64,000 bases of DNA from an uncultured Gammaproteobacteria bacterium (GCA_963705725.1 CAVPKM010000018.1:4657-68656); one strand, 5' to 3'. Positions 33,296 through 47,726 are shown, counted from the stretch's first letter. Program-made: numbers and translations. Notes: generated by a model from the letters alone, not told the origin.

Positions 33296-34182
33296 TGAAT
33301 ATGCGTCACCTCTTCGCCGAAATCCTGTAATTGCTGATGAGTCAATATTGCAAGTAAACTTGCAATACGATTTCTCATGTCACGACGATCAACGATCATA
33401 TCAATTGCGCCATGTTCTAATAAAAATTCACTTCGCTGAAAGCCTTCAGGAAGTTTTTCGCGAACTGTCTGCTCAATCACTCTGGGACCGGCAAATCCAA
33501 TCAAAGCTTTTGGTTCAGCAATAATGATATCACCTAGCATTGCAAGACTGGCAGACACTCCGCCCATGGTGGGATCTATTAAAACACTAATAAAAGGAAT
33601 GCTTTTTTTCGAATTTCTTGCCAAAACTGCACTGGTTTTGGCCATTTGAAATAGTGAAATCAGCCCCTCTTGCATTCTTGCCCCACCGCTTGTTGCAAAA
33701 CAAACAAAGGGTATTTTTGCTTCATAGCTGGCATTTGCAGCTCGCACGAAACGCTCACCCACAGCGCTTCCCATTGAGCCACCAATAAATTCAAACTCAA
33801 AGGCGCAAGCGACAATTGGCATACCAACTAAGCGTCCTTGAATGGCAATTAACGCATCTTTTTCACCAGATTTTTTTTGTGCTGCGATTAAACGATCTTT
33901 ATATTTCTTAGTATCACGAAATTTCAGATAATCCACCGGTCCCACTTCAATCCCTAATTCTTTTCTATTGTCTTGATCTAAAAAAGCCTCAAGACGTTCT
34001 CGTGCCGTCATGCGAGTGTGAAACGTACACTTAGGACAAACACCAAGATTTTTCTTTAGCTCAGCGGCATATAAAATGGAATCGCAACCTGGACATTTGG
34101 TCCAAATTCCTTCTGGTACTCGCTTTTCGCTAGACAAAGTTCGAATTTTGGCAGGAAATAATTTTTTTAGCCAACTCATCAT
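33292..34182 (-). CDS. accD: Acetyl-CoA carboxylase carboxyltransferase beta subunit
   Basis: N-terminal Zn-ribbon (CPGCDS...CPKC). Carboxyltransferase domain. Confidence 0.9.
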   Translation of the reverse strand: MMSWLKKLFPAKIRTLSSEKRVPEGIWTKCPGCDSILYAAELKKNLGVCPKCTFHTRMTARERLEAFLDQDNRKELGIEVGPVDYLKFRDTKKYKDRLIAAQKKSGEKDALIAIQGRLVGMPIVACAFEFEFIGGSMGSAVGERFVRAANASYEAKIPFVCFATSGGARMQEGLISLFQMAKTSAVLARNSKKSIPFISVLIDPTMGGVSASLAMLGDIIIAEPKALIGFAGPRVIEQTVREKLPEGFQRSEFLLEHGAIDMIVDRRDMRNRIASLLAILTHQQLQDFGEEVTHIQ

Positions 34183-35258
34183 TTATCCTTTTCATTTGAT
34201 AACTGTAAGATTTCGTTGAATATCATTTGATTACTATTTGGCAATCTATATGCTAATAAACGCGTTTTTTGTTCTTTTTTATGCTGAAAAACATGGTGAA
34301 TCATATTGTATAGTGACTCTTGACTTAAATTTTCTTCCAAAAGAATATGGCTCAATCCTTTATTAGCGAAATAATTCGCATTAAGTATCTGGTCTCCCCT
34401 ACTCGCTCTTAACGACAGTGGAATAAGGATGTGAGGTTTTTTTAGTTGTAATAATTCATATAATGAATTCGCACCTGCACGAGATACCACAACATCACTG
34501 CAGGCAAAAAGATCAGCTAATTCTTCATGCAAGTATTCAAATTGTTTATAACGAGGCTGATCATTAAACGTCGTATCTAATTTTCCTTTGCCACAGATGT
34601 GAATAATCTGAAAATGAATCAACAATTTTGGTAAAATTTCTCGTATTATTTGATTAATGACACTCGCACCCTGGCTGCCGCCTAAGATTAATATAACTGG
34701 ATCTTGATCATTAAATTCACAATATAGCCTTCCTCTTGCTGCAACGCCTTGTAACAAGGCTTCCCTAATAGGTGTGCCCGTAACCACAATTTTTTTTGAA
34801 GCAATATGCTGTTTTCCTTCTTCAAAGGTCACACAGATTTTATCTGCAAATGGGAAACTCATTTTATTAGCAAGGCCCGGGGTTAAATCTGATTCATGAA
34901 TGATAACCGGTATACGATTTAACCAAGCTCCGACTACAATCGGAAAAGCCACAAAGCCACCCTTAGAAAAAACGATTGTCGGCTTAATTTTGCGACACAA
35001 CCAAAATGCTTGCCATAAACCCATCCCTATTGCGATAGGTTCGAAAAATGTTCGCCAACTCAAATAGCGCCTGAACTTACCCACCCAAATCCCATAGTAA
35101 GGAATATTACTCTGGCGTTTGATAATCTCTTTCTCAACGCCTTGCCGGGATCCCGCATAAACCACCTTCCAGCTGGCAGTAAGAAATTTATTGATTAGCG
35201 CAAGGTTAGGTGTCACATGCCCCGATGTTCCGCCGCCAGTAAATAATATTGTTTTCAT
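34179..35258 (-). CDS. Glycosyltransferase family 28, MurG-like
   Basis: [15 protein letters not shown]-terminal G-loop, GGSQGA, and the RAGANS...E motif. It lies outside a dcw cluster, between accD and truA. Confidence 0.6.
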   Translation of the reverse strand: MKTILFTGGGTSGHVTPNLALINKFLTASWKVVYAGSRQGVEKEIIKRQSNIPYYGIWVGKFRRYLSWRTFFEPIAIGMGLWQAFWLCRKIKPTIVFSKGGFVAFPIVVGAWLNRIPVIIHESDLTPGLANKMSFPFADKICVTFEEGKQHIASKKIVVTGTPIREALLQGVAARGRLYCEFNDQDPVILILGGSQGASVINQIIREILPKLLIHFQIIHICGKGKLDTTFNDQPRYKQFEYLHEELADLFACSDVVVSRAGANSLYELLQLKKPHILIPLSLRASRGDQILNANYFANKGLSHILLEENLSQESLYNMIHHVFQHKKEQKTRLLAYRLPNSNQMIFNEILQLSNEKDK

Positions 35259-35308
35259 TTATACCTTTTATCAATGAATTTTTCTGCTTGCAAGCGTGTT
35301 TCTCGCGC

Positions 35309-36094
35309 CTAGCCTAACAAAAATAATGGATTTTTAAAACAGGTTGGCAGATTAAAATTGTCTCCATATTTCACCCCTGATAAATATAGGCCGTTTGCTA
35401 ACGCCGTTCTGCTAGCACAGTTTCGATTTTTAATGAGCAGCAGTTCGCTACACCAATCGACAGGCTGTCTATCCAAACCAATTTCAAGCAACACTCCCAC
35501 GATATTTCGGACCATATGATGTAAAAAACTATTCGCTATGATATCAATCATAATAAATGGGGGTTTGCTAACAACATTTATTGAAAAAATATAACGATTT
35601 GCTGTTCGCGATTGGCATGCGGCACTTCTAAAAGAGGAAAAGTCGTGCTCACCAATCAGCACTTGCGAGGCAAGATGCATTTTTTTAGCATTTAATGTTT
35701 GATTCACCCAAGTAGTCAAGGGTGAACAAAGACTGGAACGAACAGGATGATTATAAATGATATAGTGATAATGCCTCGATAAGGCTGAAAATCTGGCATG
35801 AAAAGTCTGATCGACTGGTGTTGCCCATTGAACACTGATTGTTGAAGGCAAATAGGAATTTGCTCCTTGTAACCACGCAACGATTTTTCTTTCCGCTTGA
35901 GTGTCAAAATGAATCACTTGATGGGTTGCGTGAACGCCAGCATCGGTTCTACCTGCACAGTAAACTTGTATGGTTTCATCGGCAATGCAAGACAGTGCTG
36001 TTTCGAGTGAACCTTGTACAGTTAAGGTATCCTTTTGTCTTTGCCAGCCATGAAAGTTCGCTCCATTATATTCAATTCCTAGCGCAATTCTCAT
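35309..36094 (-). CDS. truA: tRNA pseudouridine(38-40) synthase
   Basis: Catalytic Asp motif (CAGRTDAGVHA). Confidence 0.9.
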   Translation of the reverse strand: MRIALGIEYNGANFHGWQRQKDTLTVQGSLETALSCIADETIQVYCAGRTDAGVHATHQVIHFDTQAERKIVAWLQGANSYLPSTISVQWATPVDQTFHARFSALSRHYHYIIYNHPVRSSLCSPLTTWVNQTLNAKKMHLASQVLIGEHDFSSFRSAACQSRTANRYIFSINVVSKPPFIMIDIIANSFLHHMVRNIVGVLLEIGLDRQPVDWCSELLLIKNRNCASRTALANGLYLSGVKYGDNFNLPTCFKNPLFLLG

Positions 36095-36098
36095 TTGA

Positions 36099-37178
36099 TC
36101 AAGTCAGTGTATCTAATAAATCACGTGCTTGTTTTCGCTGTTCCTTATTACCATTTTTCAACACATCTTTAAGTGCGGTTTCTGCAGAAGCAGAATCACC
36201 CATATCGATGTAGGCTCGAGCAAGATCAAGCTTGGCAGGAATACTTTCACGGCTATTCATGAAATCATATTCATCAGATTTTTTAATATCAGGTTGTAAT
36301 GATGTTTTTAAATTGGGTTTGAAAGTACGAAACAATAAATAGCTTAAAAAAACAAGCGTTGCAAAGGCAGCAGTTAAGCCCACACTATTATGCTTTAAGT
36401 TAATTAGCAAAATTCGGTTAAAATTAGTCGTATCTTGAGCATGTTTGCTAGTTAGATGAACAAGTTGATAAGATAAAGACTGCAGTTGAGTCTCAGCTTT
36501 ATTAACTTTCGCCTGAATCAGCTTAACTTGTTCATTAATTTTATTAATTTGATTTTCCGTCTGCAAGGCAGCTACTTTATTAGCTTCAATCACCTCATTC
36601 AGCTTATCGCTAAGCGTATTTAATTGTTCTTTTTGTTGATCCATACTGGTACTGCTAACTAACTGGTTATCCTGCTTTTGCACATTGCTTGCAGTAGACA
36701 GTGAATGCTTAGCCGGAGAAGTGTTAAGTGAATTTTTAGCAGTGTTAGATGTATCATCAATCAGGGCTTTTTCGACTTTTTTTGTTGTTTTTTTCTTGGT
36801 TTTTTTAACGACATGCACTTTATTATCGCTTCTTTTTTCCCATATTTTATTTTGATAATTGACAATTTGTGCTGCTTCTGCGGGCGATACTTGCCTAATC
36901 ACAGCAAGTGGCGGCAAATTTAAATGATAACCGGCCTTTAAGGCATTGATATTATGTTGAACAAACGCATTGGGATTGACCCTGAGTATGGCTACCATCA
37001 TTTGGGGGATACTGATGTCTTGCTTAGGCCTGACACGGAGCGCAATGCGGTATAAATGTTCATTTTCAAAGGTGGGGCCATAAAAGGAGTAAGCGGCAAA
37101 AATATGCATTGGCATGCACATTAAGATAAATAGCATAAACCCTTTGATGATTTTACGCATGATCCCTCTCCTTGACAT
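36099..37178 (-). CDS. FimV-like protein (short form: LysM-like N-terminal domain, TM helix, FimV C-terminal TPR-like domain)
   Basis: N-terminal LysM-like region (YRIALRVRP...QMMVAILRVNPNAF...LKAGYHLNLP). TM helix VGLTAAFATLVFLSYLLF. C-terminal LDLARAYIDMGDSASAETALKDVL. Conserved position next to truA. Confidence 0.65.
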   Translation of the reverse strand: MSRRGIMRKIIKGFMLFILMCMPMHIFAAYSFYGPTFENEHLYRIALRVRPKQDISIPQMMVAILRVNPNAFVQHNINALKAGYHLNLPPLAVIRQVSPAEAAQIVNYQNKIWEKRSDNKVHVVKKTKKKTTKKVEKALIDDTSNTAKNSLNTSPAKHSLSTASNVQKQDNQLVSSTSMDQQKEQLNTLSDKLNEVIEANKVAALQTENQINKINEQVKLIQAKVNKAETQLQSLSYQLVHLTSKHAQDTTNFNRILLINLKHNSVGLTAAFATLVFLSYLLFRTFKPNLKTSLQPDIKKSDEYDFMNSRESIPAKLDLARAYIDMGDSASAETALKDVLKNGNKEQRKQARDLLDTLT

Positions 37179-37511
37179 ATAAGAGATAAATCATATAAGA
37201 AATTGAAACTCTTCGCCACTAATCCTTATCGGGGTACCAAGCGATTTTCATCTTTTTCAAAATTGCAATCCACAATAATTTCACCCTTATCTGTCTTAAA
37301 CTGGTCAGGAATGAAAGGTCTGGATTTTACTTTAGGCGCGGAGTCATTGGGATTGGAAGATATTGAGTGATGCGCTTCAATTTTTTTTTCACTTACGACA
37401 GACATTCAGCACCTTTTAAAAAAAGTTATCATGCTTTTAGAATAACAAGCCAGGCTTAAGGAAGTCTTAAGTAAAGAAAATATAATTTTTTTACATTTAT
37501 AAGGGTATAGC

Positions 37512-38534
37512 TTATAAATTATCCATCTGATTGATCAATAATTCGGCAATCTGTACTGCGTTCAAGGCAGCGCCTTTTCGAACATTATCTGCAACAATCC
37601 AAAGATCCAAGCCATTTGAGCAAGAAATATCTTCTCTAATTCTGCCTACATAAACCGCATCTTGCATTCCACCTATCCCTACTGCAGTCGGATAATCCTC
37701 TTCTTCATCCATAACGATGATTCCCGGCGCATTAGCAAGTAGGGCTTTTGCATCTGCTGCAGATAACTTTTGTTTCGTTTCTATATGAACGGCTTCAGAA
37801 TGACCATAGAACACTGGAACCCTAACCGCAGTAGGGTTAATAAAGATGCTATTATCGTTAAAAATTTTGCGTGTCTCCCAGACAATTTTCATTTCTTCCT
37901 TGGTATAACCATTTTCTAGAAAGACATCGATATGTGGAATAACATTAAATGCGATTTGTTTGGAAAATACTTTTGGATCGCTTCGTGGTTGTGCATTTAG
38001 CAGATTTGCTGTTTGTTCAGCAAGCTCAGTCATGCCATCTTTTCCTGCTCCTGATACAGATTGGTAAGTGGCTATATTGATTCGCGAGATGCCTACTGCA
38101 TCATAAATGGGTTTCAAAGCAACAACTAGCTGAATAGTGGAACAATTCGGGTTAGCAATAATATTTCGATTTCGATATAAATCAAGCATATTTGGATTAA
38201 CTTCAGGCACAATCAAGGGAATATCTTCGTCATAACGAAATTGCGAAGTATTATCGATGACAATACACCCCGCCTCTGCTGCAATTGGTCCATATTTAGC
38301 AGAAATAGTAGCACCAGCTGAAAACAAGCCAATTTGAACTTGAGAGAAATCAAAGGTTTCGGCATTTAATACCGAGAGACTTTTTCGCTTAAAGGTAATC
38401 ACCTCGCCTTCAGAACGTGAACTTGCGAGCGGATAAAGCTTATTGATAGGAAATTCTCTTTCCGCTAAAATTTCTAGCATAGTTTCGCCTACTGCACCAG
38501 TTGCACCCAGCACCGCTACATTATATTGAGTCAT
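37512..38534 (-). CDS. asd: Aspartate-semialdehyde dehydrogenase
   Basis: N-terminal GATGAVG NAD site and catalytic Cys region (NPNCSTIQ). Confidence 0.9.
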   Translation of the reverse strand: MTQYNVAVLGATGAVGETMLEILAEREFPINKLYPLASSRSEGEVITFKRKSLSVLNAETFDFSQVQIGLFSAGATISAKYGPIAAEAGCIVIDNTSQFRYDEDIPLIVPEVNPNMLDLYRNRNIIANPNCSTIQLVVALKPIYDAVGISRINIATYQSVSGAGKDGMTELAEQTANLLNAQPRSDPKVFSKQIAFNVIPHIDVFLENGYTKEEMKIVWETRKIFNDNSIFINPTAVRVPVFYGHSEAVHIETKQKLSAADAKALLANAPGIIVMDEEEDYPTAVGIGGMQDAVYVGRIREDISCSNGLDLWIVADNVRKGAALNAVQIAELLINQMDNL

Positions 38535-39600
38535 AGTCCTCTCTCTATTTTATTTACTGCAGACTGTCTTAACCAATAATCAATCAAGACTAATCTTAAC
38601 ATGGCTTCCGCAACTGGCACAGCACGTATTCCAACACAAGGATCGTGTCGGCCGGTTGTAACAATAGTTTGCTCATTGCCATTAATATCAATCGTTCGTC
38701 CAGGTAAGCGGATGCTTGGCGTGGGTTTTAGGGCAATTGAGACAAGAATATCTTGCCCTGTTGAAATTCCACCCAAAATTCCCCCTGAATGATTTGTCAA
38801 AAACCCTTTTGTAGTAAGCTCATCACGATGTGCTGATCCCAATTGCTCAACAACATCAAATCCCTCTCCAATTTCAACGCCTTTGACTGCATTAATGCTC
38901 ATTAAAGCACTTGCAATTGCTGCATTTAGTTTATCAAATACCGGTTCGCCTAATCCAACTGGGACGCCTTTTGCAATCAAGCAAACTTTTGAACCAATTG
39001 AATCTCCTTTTTTTCTTAAGGAGTGGATCAATTTTTCCAAATCGGAAAGGCAGGTTGAATCAGGGAAAAAAAAGGATTACACCTCGCTTCTTGAAGATCA
39101 ATTTTATTTGGAATAATTGATCCAACTTGGGCCACATAACCACTTACTGTAATTCCAAGGCTATCAAGATATTTTTTTGCAATTGCACCTGCAGCAACCC
39201 TAATCGCCGTTTCCCTAGCAGAGGCTCTGCCACCACCTCGATGATCTCGAATACCATATTTACCTTGATAGGTATAGTCTGCATGAGAAGGTCGAAAAAC
39301 ATCCTTTAGTGAATGGTAATCTTTAGACTTTGCATCTTGATTTTCAATTAGCAGGCCAATAGGTGTCCCTGTTGTTATGCCCTCGTAAGTTCCGGATAAG
39401 ATCTTAACTTGATCTGATTCTTGCCGCTGGCTAGTAAAGCGATTATTTCCTGGTTTACGACGATCTAGTTCTTCTTGAATATCTCCTTCAGAAAGCACCA
39501 TTCCAGGAGGACAGCCGTCAACAATTCCTCCAATTGCAGGTCCATGACTTTCTCCAAAGGTGGTTACTGTGAATAATTTACCAAAACTATTTCCAGCCAT
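38531..39600 (-). pseudogene. aroC: Chorismate synthase, split into two ORFs by a +1 frameshift in an A8 homopolymer (plus-strand 39063-39070). This is either a pseudogene or an assembly indel.
   Basis: The N-terminal ORF 39028-39600 and C-terminal ORF 38531-39040 together cover a full AroC. Removing one A restores [28 protein letters not shown], which matches the E. coli AroC region [29 protein letters not shown]. Confidence 0.8.
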
Positions 39601-39602
39601 GA

Positions 39603-40535
39603 TTAATTGACACGAAATAAATGCTGATAATCACAAAGCTGTTCATAAGTTAATAGAAAAACGCCATCCCCACCGTATTCAAAATCTAGCCAAATGAAAG
39701 GAGCAGTGGGAAAGGCTTCAATCAACGCATCTTGCGCATTCCCTACTTCTACAATTAATAGGCCTCCTGGTAATAGATAATCCACTGCTTGATTTAAAAT
39801 TCGCTTCACAATCGCGATACCGCTTTCTTCAGCAAGAAGAGAAATCATAGGTTCATGCTGATACTCACTAGGAAGAGAGCGGTATTCTTGCTCGGAAACG
39901 TAAGGGGGATTACTAACAATAATATGATATTTTTGTTCCACCTTCTCAAAAAGGTCGGATTGAATAAGCTCCACATTATTCTCTAAATCATATTTATTAA
40001 TATTAATTTTGGCCACAGCTAAGGCATTTTGATCAATATCTACCCCATCCACCTGACAATTTTCTATCAAAAGTGCACAAGCCACAGCTATACAACCACT
40101 GCCAGTACAAAGATCTAATACAACATAATTTTCTTCATTTTGTAACCAAGGCGAAAAACCATTAAGAATCAATTCGGCAATCGGCGAACGAGGAATAATC
40201 ACTCGTTCATCCACATAAAATTCTATGCCTGCGAACCAGGCTTTTTTAAGCAAATAAGCGGTAGGAATTCTGTTTTGAATCCGCTGAAAGATTAGATCAC
40301 ATAAATAACGACGTTCCATCATTGTCAACTTTGCATCGAACAATTCATTAGTTGACCCGGGTGGGAGATTAACTGCTGTCAATATTAAGGTTCGGGCTTC
40401 GTCTAGCGCATTATCTGTACCATGCCCATAAAATAAGTTAGCTTCATTAAATCGACTATAGGCATATCGGAAATAATCGCGCACAGTAGTTAATTCTTTG
40501 CTAATTTCCAATAAATTTTGTGTATTTAAACTCAT
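39603..40535 (-). CDS. prmB: 50S ribosomal protein L3 glutamine N5-methyltransferase (HemK family)
   Basis: NPPY catalytic motif (VSNPPYV). SAM-binding [11 protein letters not shown]. Conserved aroC-prmB synteny. Confidence 0.8.
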   Translation of the reverse strand: MSLNTQNLLEISKELTTVRDYFRYAYSRFNEANLFYGHGTDNALDEARTLILTAVNLPPGSTNELFDAKLTMMERRYLCDLIFQRIQNRIPTAYLLKKAWFAGIEFYVDERVIIPRSPIAELILNGFSPWLQNEENYVVLDLCTGSGCIAVACALLIENCQVDGVDIDQNALAVAKININKYDLENNVELIQSDLFEKVEQKYHIIVSNPPYVSEQEYRSLPSEYQHEPMISLLAEESGIAIVKRILNQAVDYLLPGGLLIVEVGNAQDALIEAFPTAPFIWLDFEYGGDGVFLLTYEQLCDYQHLFRVN

Positions 40536-40605
40536 AGTAACCTTCGAATATGGATGCTAATATGAAAGATAGTACTTAAATTATCTTGATAAGCCTAGAC
40601 AAAAT

Positions 40606-41157
40606 TTGATGAGTCAATTAATGGATGATAACAATAGAGATTCGATAGATGATGAAGAGAAAACACTTTTTCGCCAGTCACTAAAAAATGTCAAACGCTT
40701 AAAGCCACAAGGAAGAGTGATATTTAAAAAAGCACCCTCAAAAAAAAAGTCGCAAATTATTTTAAGCGATGAAAAACCGATTTTTTATCTTTCTGATCAG
40801 ATCGATGTCCCAAATGTCGCACAAGAAGAACCGCTTTATTTTGCGAGACCTGGCATTTCACCCAAACAACTCACTAAATTCAAACAAGGAAAATTATTCA
40901 TTCAGGCAAGGCTTGATCTCCATGGCTATTATCTGGAATCTGCACGAACTGAACTCCTTCACTTCTTGAACAGGGCGTACGAAAAAAATTATAAAGCTGT
41001 ATTGATTATTCACGGCAAGGGTCACGGCGATCAGCCCTTGCTGAAAAACAAAGTTAACCAATGGCTTAGGCAGCTAGAAATAGTCTTGGCTTTTTCATCA
41101 GCTCTTCCCAAACATGGGGGAGCAGGGTCGGTATATGTATTATTAAAAACAAAGTAA
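40606..41157 (+). CDS. smrB: Smr-domain endonuclease (SmrB/YfcN-like)
   Basis: C-terminal Smr domain (LDLHGYYLESARTELLHFLNRAYEKNYKAVLIIHGKG). Confidence 0.7.
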   Translation: MMSQLMDDNNRDSIDDEEKTLFRQSLKNVKRLKPQGRVIFKKAPSKKKSQIILSDEKPIFYLSDQIDVPNVAQEEPLYFARPGISPKQLTKFKQGKLFIQARLDLHGYYLESARTELLHFLNRAYEKNYKAVLIIHGKGHGDQPLLKNKVNQWLRQLEIVLAFSSALPKHGGAGSVYVLLKTK

Positions 41158-41172
41158 CTATAGTTACCAAAT

Positions 41173-43938
<2,766 letters not shown>

Positions 43939-43972
43939 ACACTACCCTTAGCAAAGAGATTTAGGGTATATC

Positions 43973-46900
43973 TTATACACTAGCCATGTCAATTGCTTGT
44001 TGGATGTCAACAGATACCAGTCGAGAGACACCTGGCTCATGCATCGTGACCCCAGCTAATTGCTGACCCATTTCTATCGTAATTTTATTATGGCTAATAA
44101 AAATAAATTGTACTTTCTCTGACATTTTTTTAACTAATTTGCAAAATCTTCCCACATTGACATCATCTAAAGGTGCATCGACTTCATCAAGCACACAAAA
44201 GGGTGCAGGGTTTAAATTAAAGATAGCAAAAACAAGTGCTATCGCTGTTAACGCTTTTTCACCTCCGGATAATAAATGAATAGAGGTATTTTTTTTTCCG
44301 GGAGGTTGCGCTTTGATCACCACCCCTGTTTCAAGCACATCTTCACTTGTGAGTTCTAAATTTGCCACGCCGCCACCAAAAATCTCAGTAAAAATTGATT
44401 TAAAAAAATTATTTAATTTTTCAAAAGTTTCTTTAAATTTAACTCGCGTTTCGCGATCAATACGGCGAATTGCATTTTCAAGTATCTCTAATGCTTCTAA
44501 TAGATCATTTTGTTGCTTATCCATAAATACTTTTTTTTCTTCCAAGACGGAATACTCATCGATTGCAGCCAAGTTAATTGGGCCTAAGCGATTAATTCTG
44601 TTTTCAGTAAACTGCAATTTTTCTTCTGTTTGACGAATTGTTAACCCTTCAATCAAATTTTGTAACAATTCTTGCAAGTTAAAACCCGCGTTTCGAATCT
44701 GTTCTTCGAAATTTTGCTTTTTGATTAAAAATCCTTGGCAATGAATTCTTTGCTCTTCTAAATTTGTTCTCAACTGTTCGATTTCTTTTTCTAAACGTTG
44801 CCTAATTTTTTCAGACTCACCCAATTCAACTTCTATGTTTTCACAATTCTGTTTTGCTAGCAGCAAATCTTGCTGAACAATTGCTTGTCTCTCAAGCGCT
44901 TGCTGTAGACCTAAATTTAATTCTGGTAATGGATCATTTGTGTTGGCTAATGATTCCATAAGTATCTGACGCTTTTCTTCAATCGAAGCTAATTGTTTTT
45001 CTCCACGGGAAATGTTTTGGGTTAAATAATGAATCTGACTTTTCATGCTCTCTAAACGAACTTGATATTCATTTTCTTTTTGGATATGAAGATTAGCTAG
45101 TTGGCGTATTTGATCAAGCGCTGATTTACTTTGCTCTTTTTCTCCAAGCAACTGATCTCGCTGACCTTGATAAACATGAATTTCTTGGTTAATAACCTTA
45201 ACTTTATTGTTTGCATCTTCAAGCTGATTATTGACTTCAATTAATTGAATTTCGATTTCTGAAAGATCAGCAATCAACACCTGGTATTTTTCTTTTGCTT
45301 CACGAATTAAATTTTCTTTAGCATTAATTTGCACAATGAGTTCTGAATTTTTTGATTTTACTATTTGTAAATGTTGCTGTTTCGTATCTTTATCTTCAAA
45401 TAATTGTTTTAAATGATATTCATTGTCTTGTAAAAAATTATCTTCTGTAGCAATCAAACTTTGCTGATCGTTTATCTGTTGCTGAAGTGCTTTTAAATCC
45501 TGTTCCCGTTGTATTACCCCTGTTTTTTCACTCGTTTGTTTCGCTACTCGTAAAAAAGTCTGACTTAACCAAACCCCACCCTTGGTAATGATGGATTCGT
45601 TAGGGGCAAGCATAGAAATTTTTTCTAATGCTTCAGTTAAATTTTCAGCGACAAAAATTGTATTTAACAGCGCTGCAATAGGTAATGTTGTTTTTATTTT
45701 TGTTAATAACGAATCGTTTTTTCTGCTACTAGGAACAGTCTCGTGTAGAGTGCAAAAGGCAATATTTGCATGGTTAATTTTTTCGATTGCACTAGCTAGA
45801 TGTTTGAAGTCTTCAATACAAATTGCATCTAGATAGTTTACTAAAACTGTTTCAGCCGCAATTTCCCAACCCGCTTCAACTTCGAGATTTTCAGCAACAC
45901 TTGGTAGCTGATCAATTTGATTCTCAACTAGCCATTTTAGCTTTTCGTTATTATTTTTTCCTAATGCAATTTGCTGTAACGCTTGCATAGAAGCATGCTG
46001 TGCTTGCAAGTATCGAAGCTGTTTGGTCTGCTCTGTGATATTTTGTTGAATCTGTTGCTGTTTTATTTTTTTTTGTTCAATATTTTTTTGAATGAAATTC
46101 AACTGTTCTTGTAACTCATGAATTTTATCAAGAAAATTTTGCTGCTTCTCTCGGGCTATCATTAGCTCATCAGGAGATAAATTAATATCAGAGGAATTTT
46201 TTTCTTCGATAAGACGTTGTTGTCTTTGATTAAGCGACTGGCGCCTTTGTTCTAAATGGGTAATTTTGATTTTTTCAACCTCTACTTCTTTCAAAGCTTG
46301 TGAAGAGGCACGATTAAAGTCATCCCATTTATCTTGCCAAAGTAACATCTGTTTTTCTGAAATGATTAATTTATTTTGAAAATTCTCTGTTTCACTTTTG
46401 CTAGCTTGCCATAATTGTTCGACTTGCATTATATCTTCTGTAATTCTTGAATAATGCGCTTGGTCACCCAGATATTGTTGTTTAATTTCATGAAAATTAT
46501 GTTCAGTTTGTTCAAAATCATTTTCGATTTGTTTTTTTCTTTCCTTGGTATGCAAGATTTGTTGTTCTGTTTTACTAATTTGATTACTCAGAAGAAAATA
46601 TTCGCTTTGAACCTCATTCATTTTTTCATGATATTCAGAGCGCAAGAGACGCCGGGATTCAATTTTTTTATCATGATTTGTCAGCTCTGCAAGATTGGCT
46701 TGCAGCTTAATTTCTTCTTCTTTAATTTGCCTCTCAAGTTTAATGAACTCTGCATTAACCTCTTCTCGCCTTAGCACTTGCAATTCTGCTCGGAGCAAAT
46801 TTTGTTGTTTTTTTAATTCCTTATATTTTTCTGCTGCCTTAGCCTGTCGTTGTAAATGTTGTAATTGTTTAGCTTGCTCTTCGAGTATATCGCTTAAACG

Positions 46901-47473
46901 TTCTAAATTTTCCTTAGTTTGTTTAATCCGACTCTCTGTTTCTCGTCGTCGTTCTTTATATTTCGAAGTACCCGCTGCCTCTTCTATATGAAGCCGTAAT
47001 TCTTCTGGTCTTGCTTCAGTAAGACGAGATATCATTCCTTGTTCAATGATGGCATAACTATTATTGCCTAAGCCTGTTCCAAGAAAGATATCTGTCACAT
47101 CTTTTCTTCTGCAACGGGTACTGTTTATATAGTAGGTCGATTGACCATCTCGACTGATTTCTCTTCGGATTGAAATTTCTGGATAGTTTGTATATTCTCC
47201 TGAAATTCTACCATCACTATTATCGAAAACTAACTCAATGGCGGCTTGACTCACTGGCTTGCGCGTTGTGGTACCATTAAAAATGACATCCGCCATGAGT
47301 TCTGCTCTCAAATTTTTTGAAGTACTTCCGAGCACGCAGTGAATAGCATCCACAATATTCGACTTGCCACATCCATTTGGACCGACAATTGCAGTTAAAT
47401 TACTCTCAAAAGGCAATTGAGTTGGATCAACAAAGGATTTAAACCCTGCTAATTTTATTGAATTCAGCCCCAT
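43973..47473 (-). CDS. smc: Chromosome partition protein SMC
   Basis: Walker A (GPNGCGKSN). Long coiled coils and a hinge. C-terminal ABC signature LSGGEK and Walker B. 1166 aa. Confidence 0.9.
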   Translation of the reverse strand: MGLNSIKLAGFKSFVDPTQLPFESNLTAIVGPNGCGKSNIVDAIHCVLGSTSKNLRAELMADVIFNGTTTRKPVSQAAIELVFDNSDGRISGEYTNYPEISIRREISRDGQSTYYINSTRCRRKDVTDIFLGTGLGNNSYAIIEQGMISRLTEARPEELRLHIEEAAGTSKYKERRRETESRIKQTKENLERLSDILEEQAKQLQHLQRQAKAAEKYKELKKQQNLLRAELQVLRREEVNAEFIKLERQIKEEEIKLQANLAELTNHDKKIESRRLLRSEYHEKMNEVQSEYFLLSNQISKTEQQILHTKERKKQIENDFEQTEHNFHEIKQQYLGDQAHYSRITEDIMQVEQLWQASKSETENFQNKLIISEKQMLLWQDKWDDFNRASSQALKEVEVEKIKITHLEQRRQSLNQRQQRLIEEKNSSDINLSPDELMIAREKQQNFLDKIHELQEQLNFIQKNIEQKKIKQQQIQQNITEQTKQLRYLQAQHASMQALQQIALGKNNNEKLKWLVENQIDQLPSVAENLEVEAGWEIAAETVLVNYLDAICIEDFKHLASAIEKINHANIAFCTLHETVPSSRKNDSLLTKIKTTLPIAALLNTIFVAENLTEALEKISMLAPNESIITKGGVWLSQTFLRVAKQTSEKTGVIQREQDLKALQQQINDQQSLIATEDNFLQDNEYHLKQLFEDKDTKQQHLQIVKSKNSELIVQINAKENLIREAKEKYQVLIADLSEIEIQLIEVNNQLEDANNKVKVINQEIHVYQGQRDQLLGEKEQSKSALDQIRQLANLHIQKENEYQVRLESMKSQIHYLTQNISRGEKQLASIEEKRQILMESLANTNDPLPELNLGLQQALERQAIVQQDLLLAKQNCENIEVELGESEKIRQRLEKEIEQLRTNLEEQRIHCQGFLIKKQNFEEQIRNAGFNLQELLQNLIEGLTIRQTEEKLQFTENRINRLGPINLAAIDEYSVLEEKKVFMDKQQNDLLEALEILENAIRRIDRETRVKFKETFEKLNNFFKSIFTEIFGGGVANLELTSEDVLETGVVIKAQPPGKKNTSIHLLSGGEKALTAIALVFAIFNLNPAPFCVLDEVDAPLDDVNVGRFCKLVKKMSEKVQFIFISHNKITIEMGQQLAGVTMHEPGVSRLVSVDIQQAIDMASV

Positions 47474-47614
47474 TTGATTGTTTTTTCCAAAAATTAAAAT
47501 ATTAAAAATGATAAAACGTGATTTTATTGTAGGGAGGTTAAGTTATAAGTGCAAGTTGAATAATTATTGGTAAATATTTTCTTAAAAACTTAACATCGAG
47601 TATAATTTTGCTAC

Positions 47615-47688
47615 GCCCCGATGGCACAGATGGATAGCGCAATCCCCTCCTAAGGGATAGGTCGCAGGTTCGAATCCTGCTCGGGGCG
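47615..47688 (+). tRNA. tRNA-Arg (anticodon CCU)
   Basis: Cloverleaf read directly. Acceptor GCCCCGA/TCGGGGC. Anticodon stem ATCCC/GGGAT with loop CTCCTAA. T-arm GCAGG-TTCGAAT-CCTGC. Discriminator G. No encoded CCA. Confidence 0.85.
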
Positions 47689-47726
47689 CTGTTTTCTTGA
47701 TCATGGGAAGTAGTCTACCCTTTTGC

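Noticed and set aside
36700-36850. Apparent repeat KKTKKKTTKKVEK in the FimV-like protein
   Set aside because: This is a low-complexity lysine-rich linker in the protein, not a tandem DNA repeat. There is no CRISPR-like spacing.
44313-46991. Plus-strand ORFs (44313-44633, 45582-45836, 46454-46774, 46695-46991) inside smc
   Set aside because: They are antisense to a confidently identified 1166-aa SMC gene. They translate to low-complexity peptides, as expected from the reverse strand of coiled-coil (E/K/Q-rich) coding sequence.
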